Shown here piece by piece: positions 8,529 through 19,563 of a DNA stretch of 64,000 nucleotides. The DNA is taken from IMG/VR virus record IMGVR_UViG_3300027779_002770, positions 1 through 64,000 of that record, one strand, 5' to 3'. The stretch's first letter is position 1. Each line of letters opens with the position of its first letter. The translations under genes were made by a program, and so were the position numbers. Source of the stretch: a virus. The notes under the pieces are model-generated. The model was not told where the DNA came from. It saw only the letters and a list, made by a program, of their open reading frames with translations, and did no database searches.

Positions 8529-11050
8529 TGGCATTAAAAGACTTTGACATATCAAAAATTAAAAGTTGGAAATATCCAACTACGTCGCTGCCACAGACAT
8601 TTCAAGCTAACGGTGGCATAGTTACTGGTGCTAGAAATAAGATAGAAGAACAATTTATCGAAGCAGATAAAATAAATTCAAAGTCTGGCGCAACAAAATC
8701 AGATGACTACATAGGAAAAATAGGAACGCCTCAATCATACCAAGTTCAGAATAGAGCAGGAACAGGTATTATAACTGGGCTGCAAGGAATAATATCAGAT
8801 GATTTAGATGAGTTAAAGAGTAAAAGTTTAATCATAAAGACATATGATGAAATGATAATAAATGAAGATGGAATATTTACATCATTTAATTATAGAACAG
8901 AAAATCCAACACACGGTTTTAGACACATACCAATTATGTTAAAAGATCTTGGAATAGGTTCACTTGACGCACAACCAGAAAGATTTGCCCCACCACAAAT
9001 AGGACAACATTCATCACTAACACGTGGCGGAATCTTTACAGACGCTGTTACAAAAGATCACGTAAATATTTTATACGGAACAGATCAACACAGAGGCGTG
9101 ATGGGGAAATTTTTAGCAGATCAACTTCTTCTTCAGACTGAGGCGATATCAAAAGGAAATTCTTTTGGTATACCCTCACCATTTGGCATCTTTAATGTTG
9201 CTGAATTTGGATCAAACTTAGTTCCTGGTGCAAGAGTTTATAGACATGGCTTAGTTCCTAACCCATTTGGCAAACCGGCAAATTATAAAGATAACTATCC
9301 AAAGATTGGTGAAGCTTTCTCACTGGGCGGCGATGAACTAAATATTACGGCCGGTGCTTTAGCAGGCGCAGATTTAAATATCGATAATAAATTATCAATA
9401 CTTTATGATTATTTTCTTTTATCAGATACAAAAGCAGGCAGTGGAGGTGGATGGTTTGCAAGGAATATCTCAGACCCTCTTAGCAATAGTTTAACATCAT
9501 TATTTACAGATCCTTATCCAATAATACCTTCACAAAATGTAGTTGGTTCACCCTCATTAAAAGAAGGTATGAATCAAGCATACTTCTTAGATAACAAAGA
9601 AAATTATGAGGGATATACTGAGCAAGGAGATTATCAACTTCCTGTGGACGGCGGCGGTTTATTATCACAATTAACAACAGGTGAAAGTGCTGCAAAATAT
9701 TCATTTTTCTCCAAATCAAAACAAACAGTATTTAATCTACAACAGCCGGCTGCAAAAAAAGGCGAGTCAGCATTCGCAAATCTTAAATTCTTTGGCGATG
9801 GTGAGGCCCGCCCTAAAATAGGTGATGATAAGTCATTAAAAGATATACCTCTGTCAGTAGGCGGAATAGCTCCAGAACTGGGCCTACAAATAAATCCTGA
9901 AACTGGCAATAAACTAGCAACGGCAAACAATGATGCCTTATTAAACTATAGTCAAAGAGCTGGTTTGAATTATTCTACACTTGCATATAATGCACTTGGT
10001 GCTGATGATACAAGTAATGTTATTGATGCTGGCGGCGCGGCTTCAGTGCGATATGAAGAGGCGTTAAGAAGTCCAAGTGAAATTAATCAGACATTAGCAA
10101 CAAAGTTCGGTGGCCTCGGAAAAGCTAGAACAGACGCACTTATAGCAGAGAGCGGACTCAACGGAGATAAAATGATCACCGGGCATACCGGTGTTAGAGA
10201 CCATTTTAAAGAAAAAGTTTACAACATTGGAAGACAAGGAATCACATCTGTAAACCCTGTTGCAGATACTAAAAAGATATTATATGGTGCAATTCATAAA
10301 GGCGGATCGAGTAATGAGAGTTATAAAACAGATTTAGTTGATAAAGTCAATATGATACCTTACGGACATAATGCTGGCGAAGATTCTTTTGATGCGCATA
10401 GTAAGGCTGAGGCGCTTGACTTTGTGCCACTAGTCTTTTATGATGTTTATAATAAAAAGTCAATAGCATTCAGAGCAATATTAGATGATATCACAGATAC
10501 AGTAACACCTGATTGGGACGAAACAGGCTACATTGGAAGACCAATAAAATCAGCAACATATAAGGGAGTTTCTAGAAAGATTGGATTTACTTTTGAAATT
10601 TTCCCAAAGACAAAACAAGAATTTCCTGTATTGTTAGAAAAGGTAAACTATTTAGTTGGGCAGTGTTATCCTAATTTAGATTCAAATTTAAGACAAACAG
10701 GACCATTGATAAGATTAACGCTTGGTGATATAATGCATAAGCAATTGGGCTATATTACAGAATGTACTGTTACATTTCCAAAAGCTAGCCCATGGGAAAT
10801 AGATCCGGGATTAAGATTTACAAAACACATTACAGTTTCAATAGGCTTTACACATGTTGGAGGATACATTCCAATGGCAACAGGAAAACATTATGGTCTC
10901 CCTTGGTTAACAGGTAATACATTGAAGTGGACAAAAGCAGGTAATGCAAATTATGATAACTATCCTAATCGCACATCATCAGAAAATACACCACATGGCG
11001 CGAAAAACGATTATAGAGAACTCTTTCAAGATCTTGGGCAAGCAGACTAA
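8528..11050 (+). CDS. baseplate / tail-tube initiator-like structural protein
   Basis: C-terminal FRA..ITD...PDW...YIGR...YKG..R.IGF.F tube-like domain after tape measure. Confidence 0.7.
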   Translation: MALKDFDISKIKSWKYPTTSLPQTFQANGGIVTGARNKIEEQFIEADKINSKSGATKSDDYIGKIGTPQSYQVQNRAGTGIITGLQGIISDDLDELKSKSLIIKTYDEMIINEDGIFTSFNYRTENPTHGFRHIPIMLKDLGIGSLDAQPERFAPPQIGQHSSLTRGGIFTDAVTKDHVNILYGTDQHRGVMGKFLADQLLLQTEAISKGNSFGIPSPFGIFNVAEFGSNLVPGARVYRHGLVPNPFGKPANYKDNYPKIGEAFSLGGDELNITAGALAGADLNIDNKLSILYDYFLLSDTKAGSGGGWFARNISDPLSNSLTSLFTDPYPIIPSQNVVGSPSLKEGMNQAYFLDNKENYEGYTEQGDYQLPVDGGGLLSQLTTGESAAKYSFFSKSKQTVFNLQQPAAKKGESAFANLKFFGDGEARPKIGDDKSLKDIPLSVGGIAPELGLQINPETGNKLATANNDALLNYSQRAGLNYSTLAYNALGADDTSNVIDAGGAASVRYEEALRSPSEINQTLATKFGGLGKARTDALIAESGLNGDKMITGHTGVRDHFKEKVYNIGRQGITSVNPVADTKKILYGAIHKGGSSNESYKTDLVDKVNMIPYGHNAGEDSFDAHSKAEALDFVPLVFYDVYNKKSIAFRAILDDITDTVTPDWDETGYIGRPIKSATYKGVSRKIGFTFEIFPKTKQEFPVLLEKVNYLVGQCYPNLDSNLRQTGPLIRLTLGDIMHKQLGYITECTVTFPKASPWEIDPGLRFTKHITVSIGFTHVGGYIPMATGKHYGLPWLTGNTLKWTKAGNANYDNYPNRTSSENTPHGAKNDYRELFQDLGQAD

Positions 11051-11355
11051 TGTTCAATAGATACAGACACACAGGCGTAAAAGTAGATACTAAAACAGGT
11101 ATAAGATATCAGAAGCCAACATTATATCCTGACATCCCTGAAAGTGATTCAGATAGCTATCATATTGTTGTTGTAGGTGAACGATTAGACCTATTGGCAT
11201 ATAAATATTATAATGATAGTGGCTTATGGTGGGTAATATCCAGAGCTAACAATCTTGATCCAAGCATAACAACAGCTGAGGTTGGAACAGAATTAAGAAT
11301 ACCTAGTGATATAGGATCAATATTGTCAAGGCTACAAGCCATAAACTCAGGATAG
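11050..11355 (+). CDS. LysM / tail-X-like baseplate wedge protein
   Basis: GERLDLLAYKYYNDSGLWWVISRAN...LRIP. Confidence 0.88.
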   Translation: MFNRYRHTGVKVDTKTGIRYQKPTLYPDIPESDSDSYHIVVVGERLDLLAYKYYNDSGLWWVISRANNLDPSITTAEVGTELRIPSDIGSILSRLQAINSG

Positions 11356-11359
11356 TAAA

Positions 11360-14300
11360 ATGGCACAATTTAGAAGAAATATAGCTGAAAAGATCCAAAT
11401 TGCTTTAAATGCTAGACTTAAGGCAATGAATACATTTGGCAAAGATAATTCTCTTACACATCCTATACTAGCAGCTCATAATTCAGATTGGGCAAACAAA
11501 GATAGTTTTTCACTTTCTAGAGAAGCAGTTGAAGCAAAATCACCGTTTACGAGAATGATAGGCATCGGTGATGGATCAATTGATGTAATAGGCGGAACAT
11601 TTAATCAAAATATAACTGATAAAAACGCTACAGAGGTTTTAAACAAAGGGCAACAAAGACCAGCAACATCAAATCTAACAGGTGGTCCAGAAGCAAAATA
11701 TAACTTAGAACGAGGAGAGGATATAACAGTCAATAGATTCGGTTACAAAGCTCCCGGAATTACAGGTTTAACATGTGCATTTCTAGACGCATCTTCTAAT
11801 GGCGGCGCTATTAGAAAAACAGAGATAACTTGGACGTGCTGGTCTATGGCAGATATTGCAACGTATCAAAAACATTCATTTCTCTCTATGGGCGCATTTA
11901 TAATTGTAGACTGGGGTTGGGTAAGGGCTGATAAGCAACACGCAAATACATATCCACCACCAAATTTTCTCACTTATGACGAAGCTGGGAAGCCAGAATT
12001 AAATAAGGAGATGTTTGATTCAGGAAAGACTGAAGATGGAGAGAGAAAAGTACATCCCTGGGCCAGTATGTCAACTGATAAATATGGTGACTGGGACGGA
12101 GTAATAGGGACCGTTACAAATGCACAATGGGCATTAAGAGATGACGGAGGAATAGATTGCACAACAACAGTGTTTTCCGAAAGTGAGTCATCATTATTTT
12201 CAGAACCAATGATACAAGAAGGTTCTGAAGAAGATGGAATAGAACCCTTCATACCATACACTGCTGAATCTGATACTGATCTTAGCTATGAAGAAATTTT
12301 AAACAAATTTTATGATGATCTTGGAAAAGAAATAAAAGATACAGGTGCAGCACATGATGCCAATGCAGCAACCCCGGGGGGCGCAGTTATAGCTGATCGC
12401 TCACTCCAAGAGAAAATTAAGGATAAGGCAAAAGGGCTTGGTTTATCAATGCTTCAAGGCCCACAATTAAATCTAGATGCTAGATTGAATATTCTAGATC
12501 TTGAGATAATATACAAGTATTTTCCAGAAATATGGAACCCAACTTATAAGATGAAGGGGAAGAAGCCAAATATCCCTGAACATGATAGTACAGATCCATT
12601 AGTTAAAATATCTAGGGATAAACAAATTGCAATAATATTATATCCTTATAAGCTAAAAGATGAAGATGAGTTCAGAAGTCAAGCAGTTATAACAGATGAA
12701 AGAGGACTTTCACAAAGAAATTCAGAATTTAGATCAGAAATATGGGTTACATGGGGGTGGTTTGAAGATAATGTAGTATCTTACTACGGAAGCGCTGGAA
12801 GAAAACAAGGTGATAAACAAGTACAATTTAGATCGATAAAATTACCACCGTCTGAAGGTGAAGACAGAGTAGGCTCTCAAGAAATAAAAAATTCAGAGCA
12901 TCTATATACACACAATCGTGACTTTCTTATCCCAGGTCAAACTCCAATACACTGGTTTCCAACTCAGGTACAAAATGGAAAAGATGAAAAGATTGATAAT
13001 CCATACAGAAAATTAGCAAAAATGATCAATGAAGACTTTGAACCATTTAGACCAGCAGGTGTAGACAGCAGAGACTCTTCGAATGATGTGGGACATATTC
13101 GTCATCTGCTTATCAGCCTAGACGCTATCAAGCATGCATTTTCATATCCAGGAATCTCTATAGAGAAAGGAATGTTAAATTTAGCAGAAATGTTAAATAG
13201 TGATATAAATCTTTGGCATTTTGATGTAGGCATTCATTTAAATGAGACAATCAACCCAGAAAATAATCAAGCTTTAATAATACCTACAACATATTATATT
13301 AAAGATACTTTTACAGCACCAAACCCAACTAGTGAATCAACAAAATCTTCACCAAAACATTCATATGTTTTTGAAAATTACGGTATGTATTCACTAATAA
13401 AAAGTATGGACGTGCAGACCAACATAGGCGATATGTATCAAGCACAAATGACACTTGCAAGACAAAAAAGTGTAGGGCCAATTGGTCAGTTATTAGGAGA
13501 AAAAATACTGCCAACTGAAGATGCAGAAAAAGCATACGAAGTTGCACAGTTTTTCGCATCGCAGACAAGCGCAGAAACTTATAAAGACTATTTAAAAGTA
13601 ATCTTAGAGCCTGATGCCCTAACCAATGATATTTCAGCTAATAAGTTTTATGGGTCTAGCTACGCAACAGGAGCTGTAACTCCAATCTTAAAACAAGATG
13701 AGCTCAGCAAACGCCAACATGAGTGGAGTCATGATATACCTCCAGATGTATATAAGATGGCACCAAATTCTAGAACAAAAAAGATCGCAAATGTAATAGA
13801 TAAGATGGGAAATTATGCACACCAAGGAAACCAAGAGATAGATATAGAGAGCATTAAGAAAGGGGGCATCACTGCTCTAGAGAAAGAGTTTGCTGAAATG
13901 AACATGTATGCTTTTCCGCCGGCTGAGGGCCCGCTAGCATTATCTGATGAAGGGTCAAAACAGACTGTAGATGTCTTCTTGCCATACTCAACAGGATTTA
14001 ATATGAATCCAAAGTATACACGAACACTTACCTGGTATTTATCTGAAAATGCTATTACATCACTTTTAAGAGTAAGTACATCTAAAGGAGTAACGGGATT
14101 ACCTGTAAGCACAACATTGACACTTGAGGGCATTGGAGGATTGGCAATAGGCGATATGTTTAGATTAGCATATCTTCCACAAGATTTGTATAAGCAAGTA
14201 CGACATAACTATAGCTCAGAAGGTAAGGCTGAAGCTACTGATTCTGAATTTAATCCTGGAACATATTTTGTAATGTGGGGAATAGAACACAAAATAACTG

Positions 14301-14602
14301 AAAGTGGTTGGGAAACAACGATAACAGGAAAGATGCAAGCAAATTTTAAAGAGATCACAAAAGATGACATAATGTCAGAATTTGGCGGAGGGCTGAGATT
14401 GGAGCAATCTCTAAAACAAACTATGGAGAACTCTTTTAAAAATGTATTTAAGATAGGCGAAAAATCAATAGAAAAGACACAACAAAAAAAGCAGAAAAAA
14501 GCTAAAGCTGTCATCCCACCACCAGCTGCAGAAGATTATGGAAGACTAAAAGGCAAGGAAAGCTATTTACCAGGCCCCTTCCGGAATACACCAAAGGAAT
14601 AA
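11360..14602 (+). CDS. large baseplate hub-like structural protein
   Basis: PGITG, VDWGW, DGGIDCTT and C-terminal LTLEGIGG...IEHKI...WETTI hub-like motifs; follows LysM. Confidence 0.65.
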   Translation: MAQFRRNIAEKIQIALNARLKAMNTFGKDNSLTHPILAAHNSDWANKDSFSLSREAVEAKSPFTRMIGIGDGSIDVIGGTFNQNITDKNATEVLNKGQQRPATSNLTGGPEAKYNLERGEDITVNRFGYKAPGITGLTCAFLDASSNGGAIRKTEITWTCWSMADIATYQKHSFLSMGAFIIVDWGWVRADKQHANTYPPPNFLTYDEAGKPELNKEMFDSGKTEDGERKVHPWASMSTDKYGDWDGVIGTVTNAQWALRDDGGIDCTTTVFSESESSLFSEPMIQEGSEEDGIEPFIPYTAESDTDLSYEEILNKFYDDLGKEIKDTGAAHDANAATPGGAVIADRSLQEKIKDKAKGLGLSMLQGPQLNLDARLNILDLEIIYKYFPEIWNPTYKMKGKKPNIPEHDSTDPLVKISRDKQIAIILYPYKLKDEDEFRSQAVITDERGLSQRNSEFRSEIWVTWGWFEDNVVSYYGSAGRKQGDKQVQFRSIKLPPSEGEDRVGSQEIKNSEHLYTHNRDFLIPGQTPIHWFPTQVQNGKDEKIDNPYRKLAKMINEDFEPFRPAGVDSRDSSNDVGHIRHLLISLDAIKHAFSYPGISIEKGMLNLAEMLNSDINLWHFDVGIHLNETINPENNQALIIPTTYYIKDTFTAPNPTSESTKSSPKHSYVFENYGMYSLIKSMDVQTNIGDMYQAQMTLARQKSVGPIGQLLGEKILPTEDAEKAYEVAQFFASQTSAETYKDYLKVILEPDALTNDISANKFYGSSYATGAVTPILKQDELSKRQHEWSHDIPPDVYKMAPNSRTKKIANVIDKMGNYAHQGNQEIDIESIKKGGITALEKEFAEMNMYAFPPAEGPLALSDEGSKQTVDVFLPYSTGFNMNPKYTRTLTWYLSENAITSLLRVSTSKGVTGLPVSTTLTLEGIGGLAIGDMFRLAYLPQDLYKQVRHNYSSEGKAEATDSEFNPGTYFVMWGIEHKITESGWETTITGKMQANFKEITKDDIMSEFGGGLRLEQSLKQTMENSFKNVFKIGEKSIEKTQQKKQKKAKAVIPPPAAEDYGRLKGKESYLPGPFRNTPKE

Positions 14603-14603
14603 T

Positions 14604-15179
14604 ATGGCAATAGAGAGAACAGAAGGCCCTTTTACCACTGAACAAGGTGAATTTCATTATTGGGAATTAGATGCTGATGATAAAGAGATCTTTGTGAGAC
14701 AAGGACAAAAATACACCAAGCTCATAACAACAGCAAAAAAAGTAAAGTATGAATTAGTTATGACAGAGCAAGAAATAGTAAAGATAAATGAGATGGATCA
14801 ATTAGCAAAATATTCAAGTATAGGTAATGCAAGAAAAAAAGATAATTATCCTGTAAAAACACATCCTACATCTATAAAGTTAGATAGAAATAAGGAATTT
14901 ATAAATAGAGTATTCGCACGTAGCAAGATTGATGGAATAGGTGAAATATTTGAAGTGGTGTCATCAACGAATGCTACCGTTTACAACTTTGTTAATATTC
15001 AGTGGCAAGTAGGCGGTGAGGTAGAAGATGCTAGGCTATTCAATAAAAAACAATTAGATAATGCAGAAGCAAATATGAATGGCATAACTGCAGTACTGCC
15101 AACAGATCAACTACATTTTTCTAAATTTGATAATCTTTTAAATATAGCGCCAACATACCAAAATAGCAACAACAATTAG
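14604..15179 (+). CDS. hypothetical protein
   Basis: coupled ORF with phage-like composition. Confidence 0.65.
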   Translation: MAIERTEGPFTTEQGEFHYWELDADDKEIFVRQGQKYTKLITTAKKVKYELVMTEQEIVKINEMDQLAKYSSIGNARKKDNYPVKTHPTSIKLDRNKEFINRVFARSKIDGIGEIFEVVSSTNATVYNFVNIQWQVGGEVEDARLFNKKQLDNAEANMNGITAVLPTDQLHFSKFDNLLNIAPTYQNSNNN

Positions 15180-15224
15180 CAAATAATAAGCTCTTTCAGC
15201 ATTACTCAAAGATATATATATAAA

Positions 15225-16529
15225 ATGGTTATAGAAGATAATAAAGGTTATAGCGCTTTTTTAGAGCGTGTTTCTGGCAAAAGTGTTTGTGCTGTATTTG
15301 CACGTGAAGACAATAGAGTCCACCCAGCAGAGTCAAAACCAATAATAGCATCAATTAGCTATGAAGACGAATTATTTGATATAATATTTGATCATAGCGA
15401 ATCATTCTCATCAGATTTAGATATTAGTTGCCTATCATCAATTAAGCGGTTTTGGGTTGATGATACAAAGGAATTCTTTCATCTAACAGGGCTGCATAAT
15501 GGATATGATGTTAGACTCAATAATTATTTAGAAAATACAGAGTACACACTAACAAATGAGCCAGAAGTATTTAGTCACATTTATGAAAATGTATTTTCAT
15601 TTAGAAAAGCTAATAAAATTATTCCAATAGTAAAGATTCTAGAATATTGTCATGATAGACTTGATAAGATAACTAAAAATATACCTAAAAGTATCGCAAA
15701 ATCATACATAAAATATAATCAAGCATTATATGAATTTGCAAAATTAGAAAGTTCTGGTATTAAAATAATCCCCAATTCATTTAAAAAAGTTTTTACAGAA
15801 GGCTATGGGTATACAAATTACAATATTTTTACAGCAACTGGAAGACCATCAAATACATTCCGCGGCGTAAATTTTGGAGCACTTAATAAACATGATAACA
15901 CAAGAAACAACATTATTTCTAGATTTGATAAAGGTTTGCTAGTTGAGTTTGATTATGATGCATATCACTTAAGACTTTTGGCAGAAATATTAAATATTAA
16001 TGTTCCAATAGATAAGTCATTACATCAATACTTTGCAGATACTGTATACGAAACAACTTATGAGGAATCAAAAAAAATATCTTGGCAAATATTATATGGA
16101 AATATACAAGTTGATGAGAAAGACAATCCATTTTTCTATAAAGTAGAAAAGATGGCTGACAGGCTATACAGTTATTTCATTAACAATAAACACTTCAAAT
16201 CACATATTTATAGACGACAATTTGTCCCTGCTCAAATTTCTGAGCCAAATAAGAAAAAAGTATTGAACTACTTTATTCAATCGTACGAAACAGAGAAAAA
16301 TATTGAAATTATTACAAAAATTAATAAACACCTGGAAGATCGTAATACGCGTATGATGTTATATACGTACGACAGCTTCCTGTTCGATCTAGATAGGAAG
16401 GAGAGCCTTAAAACAGTACTCCAGATCAAAGAAATTTTACAGGACAATAAATACCCTGTTAAGGTAAAAGCAGGTTTAAATTACGGATCGATGGAAGAAA
16501 TAACGGAGAGACTAAATGGACTTACGTAA
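15225..16529 (+). CDS. short atypical family A DNA polymerase-like protein
   Basis: TATGRPS, motif A VEFDYDAYHLR, motif B KKISWQILYG, NYFIQS, motif C YTYDSF. Confidence 0.82.
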   Translation: MVIEDNKGYSAFLERVSGKSVCAVFAREDNRVHPAESKPIIASISYEDELFDIIFDHSESFSSDLDISCLSSIKRFWVDDTKEFFHLTGLHNGYDVRLNNYLENTEYTLTNEPEVFSHIYENVFSFRKANKIIPIVKILEYCHDRLDKITKNIPKSIAKSYIKYNQALYEFAKLESSGIKIIPNSFKKVFTEGYGYTNYNIFTATGRPSNTFRGVNFGALNKHDNTRNNIISRFDKGLLVEFDYDAYHLRLLAEILNINVPIDKSLHQYFADTVYETTYEESKKISWQILYGNIQVDEKDNPFFYKVEKMADRLYSYFINNKHFKSHIYRRQFVPAQISEPNKKKVLNYFIQSYETEKNIEIITKINKHLEDRNTRMMLYTYDSFLFDLDRKESLKTVLQIKEILQDNKYPVKVKAGLNYGSMEEITERLNGLT

Positions 16530-18747
16530 AGTTATAAGTAATGCTGTTGATGAGGCATCATACAAGACAACAAATGGTATGGTAAACTTAAATGATGCAT
16601 ACCATGTATACTTAATTCAAGAAGAATTAAAAAAGCATATAGACCCAAGTATAGTTACTAGTGTTTTGTATGAGGCTAACAAAGCAGAATACAAAGCACT
16701 CTCACCAAATGGTCCTTATGCAAAAGTAAGTAATTTACCAGATGATTGGAAAATGGGTGATGATGTCCCAACAAACATCCAGAAATTTAGAAAGACAGAT
16801 GCAGGTCAATATGAGAAAATTGTTGATAAAGACAAGAAAGATAAGAAAGATCCACAAGCATTAGAGCCAGATGACTTTACAAAAAAGACAGGTGAACAAG
16901 ACCCAGAAGGACAGGGGCCTCAGCCAGGTGAGGAACATCATGGTGCAAAAATGCCAACAAAACAACAAGTAGAGACAGATGTCCAAAAGAAGTCTGCTAA
17001 AACTCAAGAAAGAATTGATGCGATGCCTGAAGGTGAACAAAAAGAGAATGCAAAAAAAGTACTTGATATGCTTAAGCGTTTTTCTGAGGCTGAGACAAAA
17101 GAAGAAAAGATAGCAATACTTCAAGAAATGCAAGCCAGCGGACTTATACAAAGAAATGACAGAGGAAGTGGAACAAAGAAAATCTATTTTTCAGGTGATA
17201 CAGGATTGCACTATAAAGAGTTCGGACAAAATACAGCACTTCACAGAGAGATTGCAATATTAGATGAAGAACAACATACAGAAACAGGTGCTGGATTATT
17301 AGACACAAAAGATCAAGCAAATTATGGTAAAAAGAAAATGGCTCCAATGAATCTTCATAATGGTCAAGAAAACGATGTGCCTGTAAAAATAAATGAAGAT
17401 GGGTCTGTTACAATAGGTGAAGATCCAGGAACAACAATAAAAAAAATACCAGATCCAAATGAAGATAAAGACGCTGATGCACTATTAAGAGAAAGAACAG
17501 ACGAAGCTTATACAAAAGATGGTGTATTGGATGAAAAAGAATATGAAAAAGCAAAGCGAGCAATCAAACGGCATAATAGACTTGTTGAAGAAGTAGAAAA
17601 AGTTATTGCTGCAGGAGGCGGATCAATAACATGTATAGACCCAATCCCAGGAGTTCAACCTGATACGCCTGAAAATAGGGACAAATTAAAAAATAAGACA
17701 GGTGATCAAATTGCAGATAGGCTGACTGAGTTAGGCGGCGGAGAAGATAATTTAACTGACTCACAAAAGAAGATAGTTGACAGATTTAAAAATTTAAACT
17801 CCCCTCCGTTATCACAAGAAGAATATGAAGCTGAGTTAATGTCAATTGCAACCGCAGTATCCAATGATATTGATTTTTCAACAGGTTATGCAGACCTTGT
17901 TGAGACATTATCTTATATGCGTCATCTAAATAGAGGAAGCGCAGCATACTTACCCTCAGCAGGAAATTTCCCACTTGGTGATGTACTTACATTTCCAAAT
18001 AATGAATCACAACCAGACTTTGAAAATGATTCACCTGAACAAATAGCAACAAAAATGCAAGCAATTCATACATCAGTTGATAATAGAAGTATTAAAAAGG
18101 GTGAAGGCGGCGCAAGTTCAACGCATACAAAAGTAGATTTAACAGAGTTTGTTGATATGGATGGAGTCCCTGCGGAAACAGTTAAAGAAGACCAAAAATA
18201 TTTATCAGACAAAGGATATGATGATATATTTGGAGTTAGGCCAAATAAGAAAAAAGGTGTTAAAGGTCATGAATCATCCCCAGACGAAGTAGAAGCAGCA
18301 CACGATAAAGTAAGGGCGCAAGCTGATAAATACGGTGTTGATGTAACAAGTGATGAGCATATAGCGACTAGAAAGAAAAGAGTTGATAGCTCTATTGACA
18401 AAATTATACGAGATAGAAAGAAAAATGGTGATGCTGAACTCACAGACGATGAAATAGCTTTCTTAAGACAAAAACATGAAGCGTATTATGATCTTGGAAA
18501 AGTTCAAGCTGAAGTTTACAATAGACAATTGGATGAAGGCGCAACTCAGCTATACACGAATGAAGTTTGGACAGAAGATGACAATGGAAATGCTACAACA
18601 AGCGAGACAGATGGAATTGAATGTAAAGCATATTTAAAATTTGAATTTGCTGCTGGATGGTTAAGAAGCGGGAAACCAAATAACAAAGTACCATCTAGAT
18701 TTCATAATCAAAAGAGAGATGCTGAAGGAAATTTGGTTGATTGTTAA
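16516..18747 (+). CDS. large acidic hypothetical protein (possibly virion-internal)
   Basis: 743 aa, D/E/K-rich, no recognisable motif. Confidence 0.7.
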   Translation: MDLRKVISNAVDEASYKTTNGMVNLNDAYHVYLIQEELKKHIDPSIVTSVLYEANKAEYKALSPNGPYAKVSNLPDDWKMGDDVPTNIQKFRKTDAGQYEKIVDKDKKDKKDPQALEPDDFTKKTGEQDPEGQGPQPGEEHHGAKMPTKQQVETDVQKKSAKTQERIDAMPEGEQKENAKKVLDMLKRFSEAETKEEKIAILQEMQASGLIQRNDRGSGTKKIYFSGDTGLHYKEFGQNTALHREIAILDEEQHTETGAGLLDTKDQANYGKKKMAPMNLHNGQENDVPVKINEDGSVTIGEDPGTTIKKIPDPNEDKDADALLRERTDEAYTKDGVLDEKEYEKAKRAIKRHNRLVEEVEKVIAAGGGSITCIDPIPGVQPDTPENRDKLKNKTGDQIADRLTELGGGEDNLTDSQKKIVDRFKNLNSPPLSQEEYEAELMSIATAVSNDIDFSTGYADLVETLSYMRHLNRGSAAYLPSAGNFPLGDVLTFPNNESQPDFENDSPEQIATKMQAIHTSVDNRSIKKGEGGASSTHTKVDLTEFVDMDGVPAETVKEDQKYLSDKGYDDIFGVRPNKKKGVKGHESSPDEVEAAHDKVRAQADKYGVDVTSDEHIATRKKRVDSSIDKIIRDRKKNGDAELTDDEIAFLRQKHEAYYDLGKVQAEVYNRQLDEGATQLYTNEVWTEDDNGNATTSETDGIECKAYLKFEFAAGWLRSGKPNNKVPSRFHNQKRDAEGNLVDC

Positions 18748-19148
18748 TGATTAAATTGAAAGACATATTATACGAAGAAAAAATTACAGATACTGCTGGA
18801 ATTATATTAAGAGATAAGCTAGCAGGCATTGTACTGGTTAAAGAAACAGAATGGTGGGGTATTCCAAAAGGAAAAGTGGATCCTGGAGAGACGCCCATAC
18901 ATGCAGCATGTCGTGAAACGCTTGAAGAGGTATCAATTTTAGTTAGTGTTAGCGGATCACATATTAATGAGCCTATTAGGCTGCTTACAAAAGAAAAAAA
19001 TTCTAGAGGGGGCGATTTCTATATTTACGAATCAAAACTCAAAATGGCTGTTGTTCCAGTTAAAAGTCATGAGCATGAAGAGGTCCGATACTTTACAAAA
19101 TTTGAGTTACCTGACAACATAGATCCACGCATTAAGGGGCTACTATAA
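18747..19148 (+). CDS. NUDIX hydrolase
   Basis: Nudix box PKGKVDPGETPIHAACRETLEEV. Confidence 0.9.
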   Translation: MIKLKDILYEEKITDTAGIILRDKLAGIVLVKETEWWGIPKGKVDPGETPIHAACRETLEEVSILVSVSGSHINEPIRLLTKEKNSRGGDFYIYESKLKMAVVPVKSHEHEEVRYFTKFELPDNIDPRIKGLL

Positions 19149-19537
19149 TGAAGACACAATTATTATGCACATTTTGTTCAAAAGATGAACTAGATGATTG
19201 TACAGAATTAATAAAACTAGGTACATCTGTTGTATTTAATAAAATTTATGTATTTGAGAGTTTAGATGAAGAAAATTATTTAATATGTACCTACAATGTA
19301 GAGAAGACAGATGATTTTGTACAAAATTCAAAGACAATGGCAATACATCGTAAAAAAGAAACAAATACACTATACACGATTAATGCCTTAAACGAGGCAA
19401 TAAGAAAAGCCAACAACGGCCTACTAGATAAGCAATACTCACTAGAATGGTCAGAATATCAAAATAGCTTATTATTGACAAATGATCAAGGACTCAATGT
19501 AGTGAAAACAAAGCTTTACAAAATAGTTGAAATATAA
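19148..19537 (+). CDS. hypothetical phage protein
   Basis: coupled ORF; MKTQLLCTF / HRKKETNTLYTINALN. Confidence 0.75.
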   Translation: MKTQLLCTFCSKDELDDCTELIKLGTSVVFNKIYVFESLDEENYLICTYNVEKTDDFVQNSKTMAIHRKKETNTLYTINALNEAIRKANNGLLDKQYSLEWSEYQNSLLLTNDQGLNVVKTKLYKIVEI

Positions 19538-19563
19538 AGCAAATAATAGGGAAAAGAATCAAA

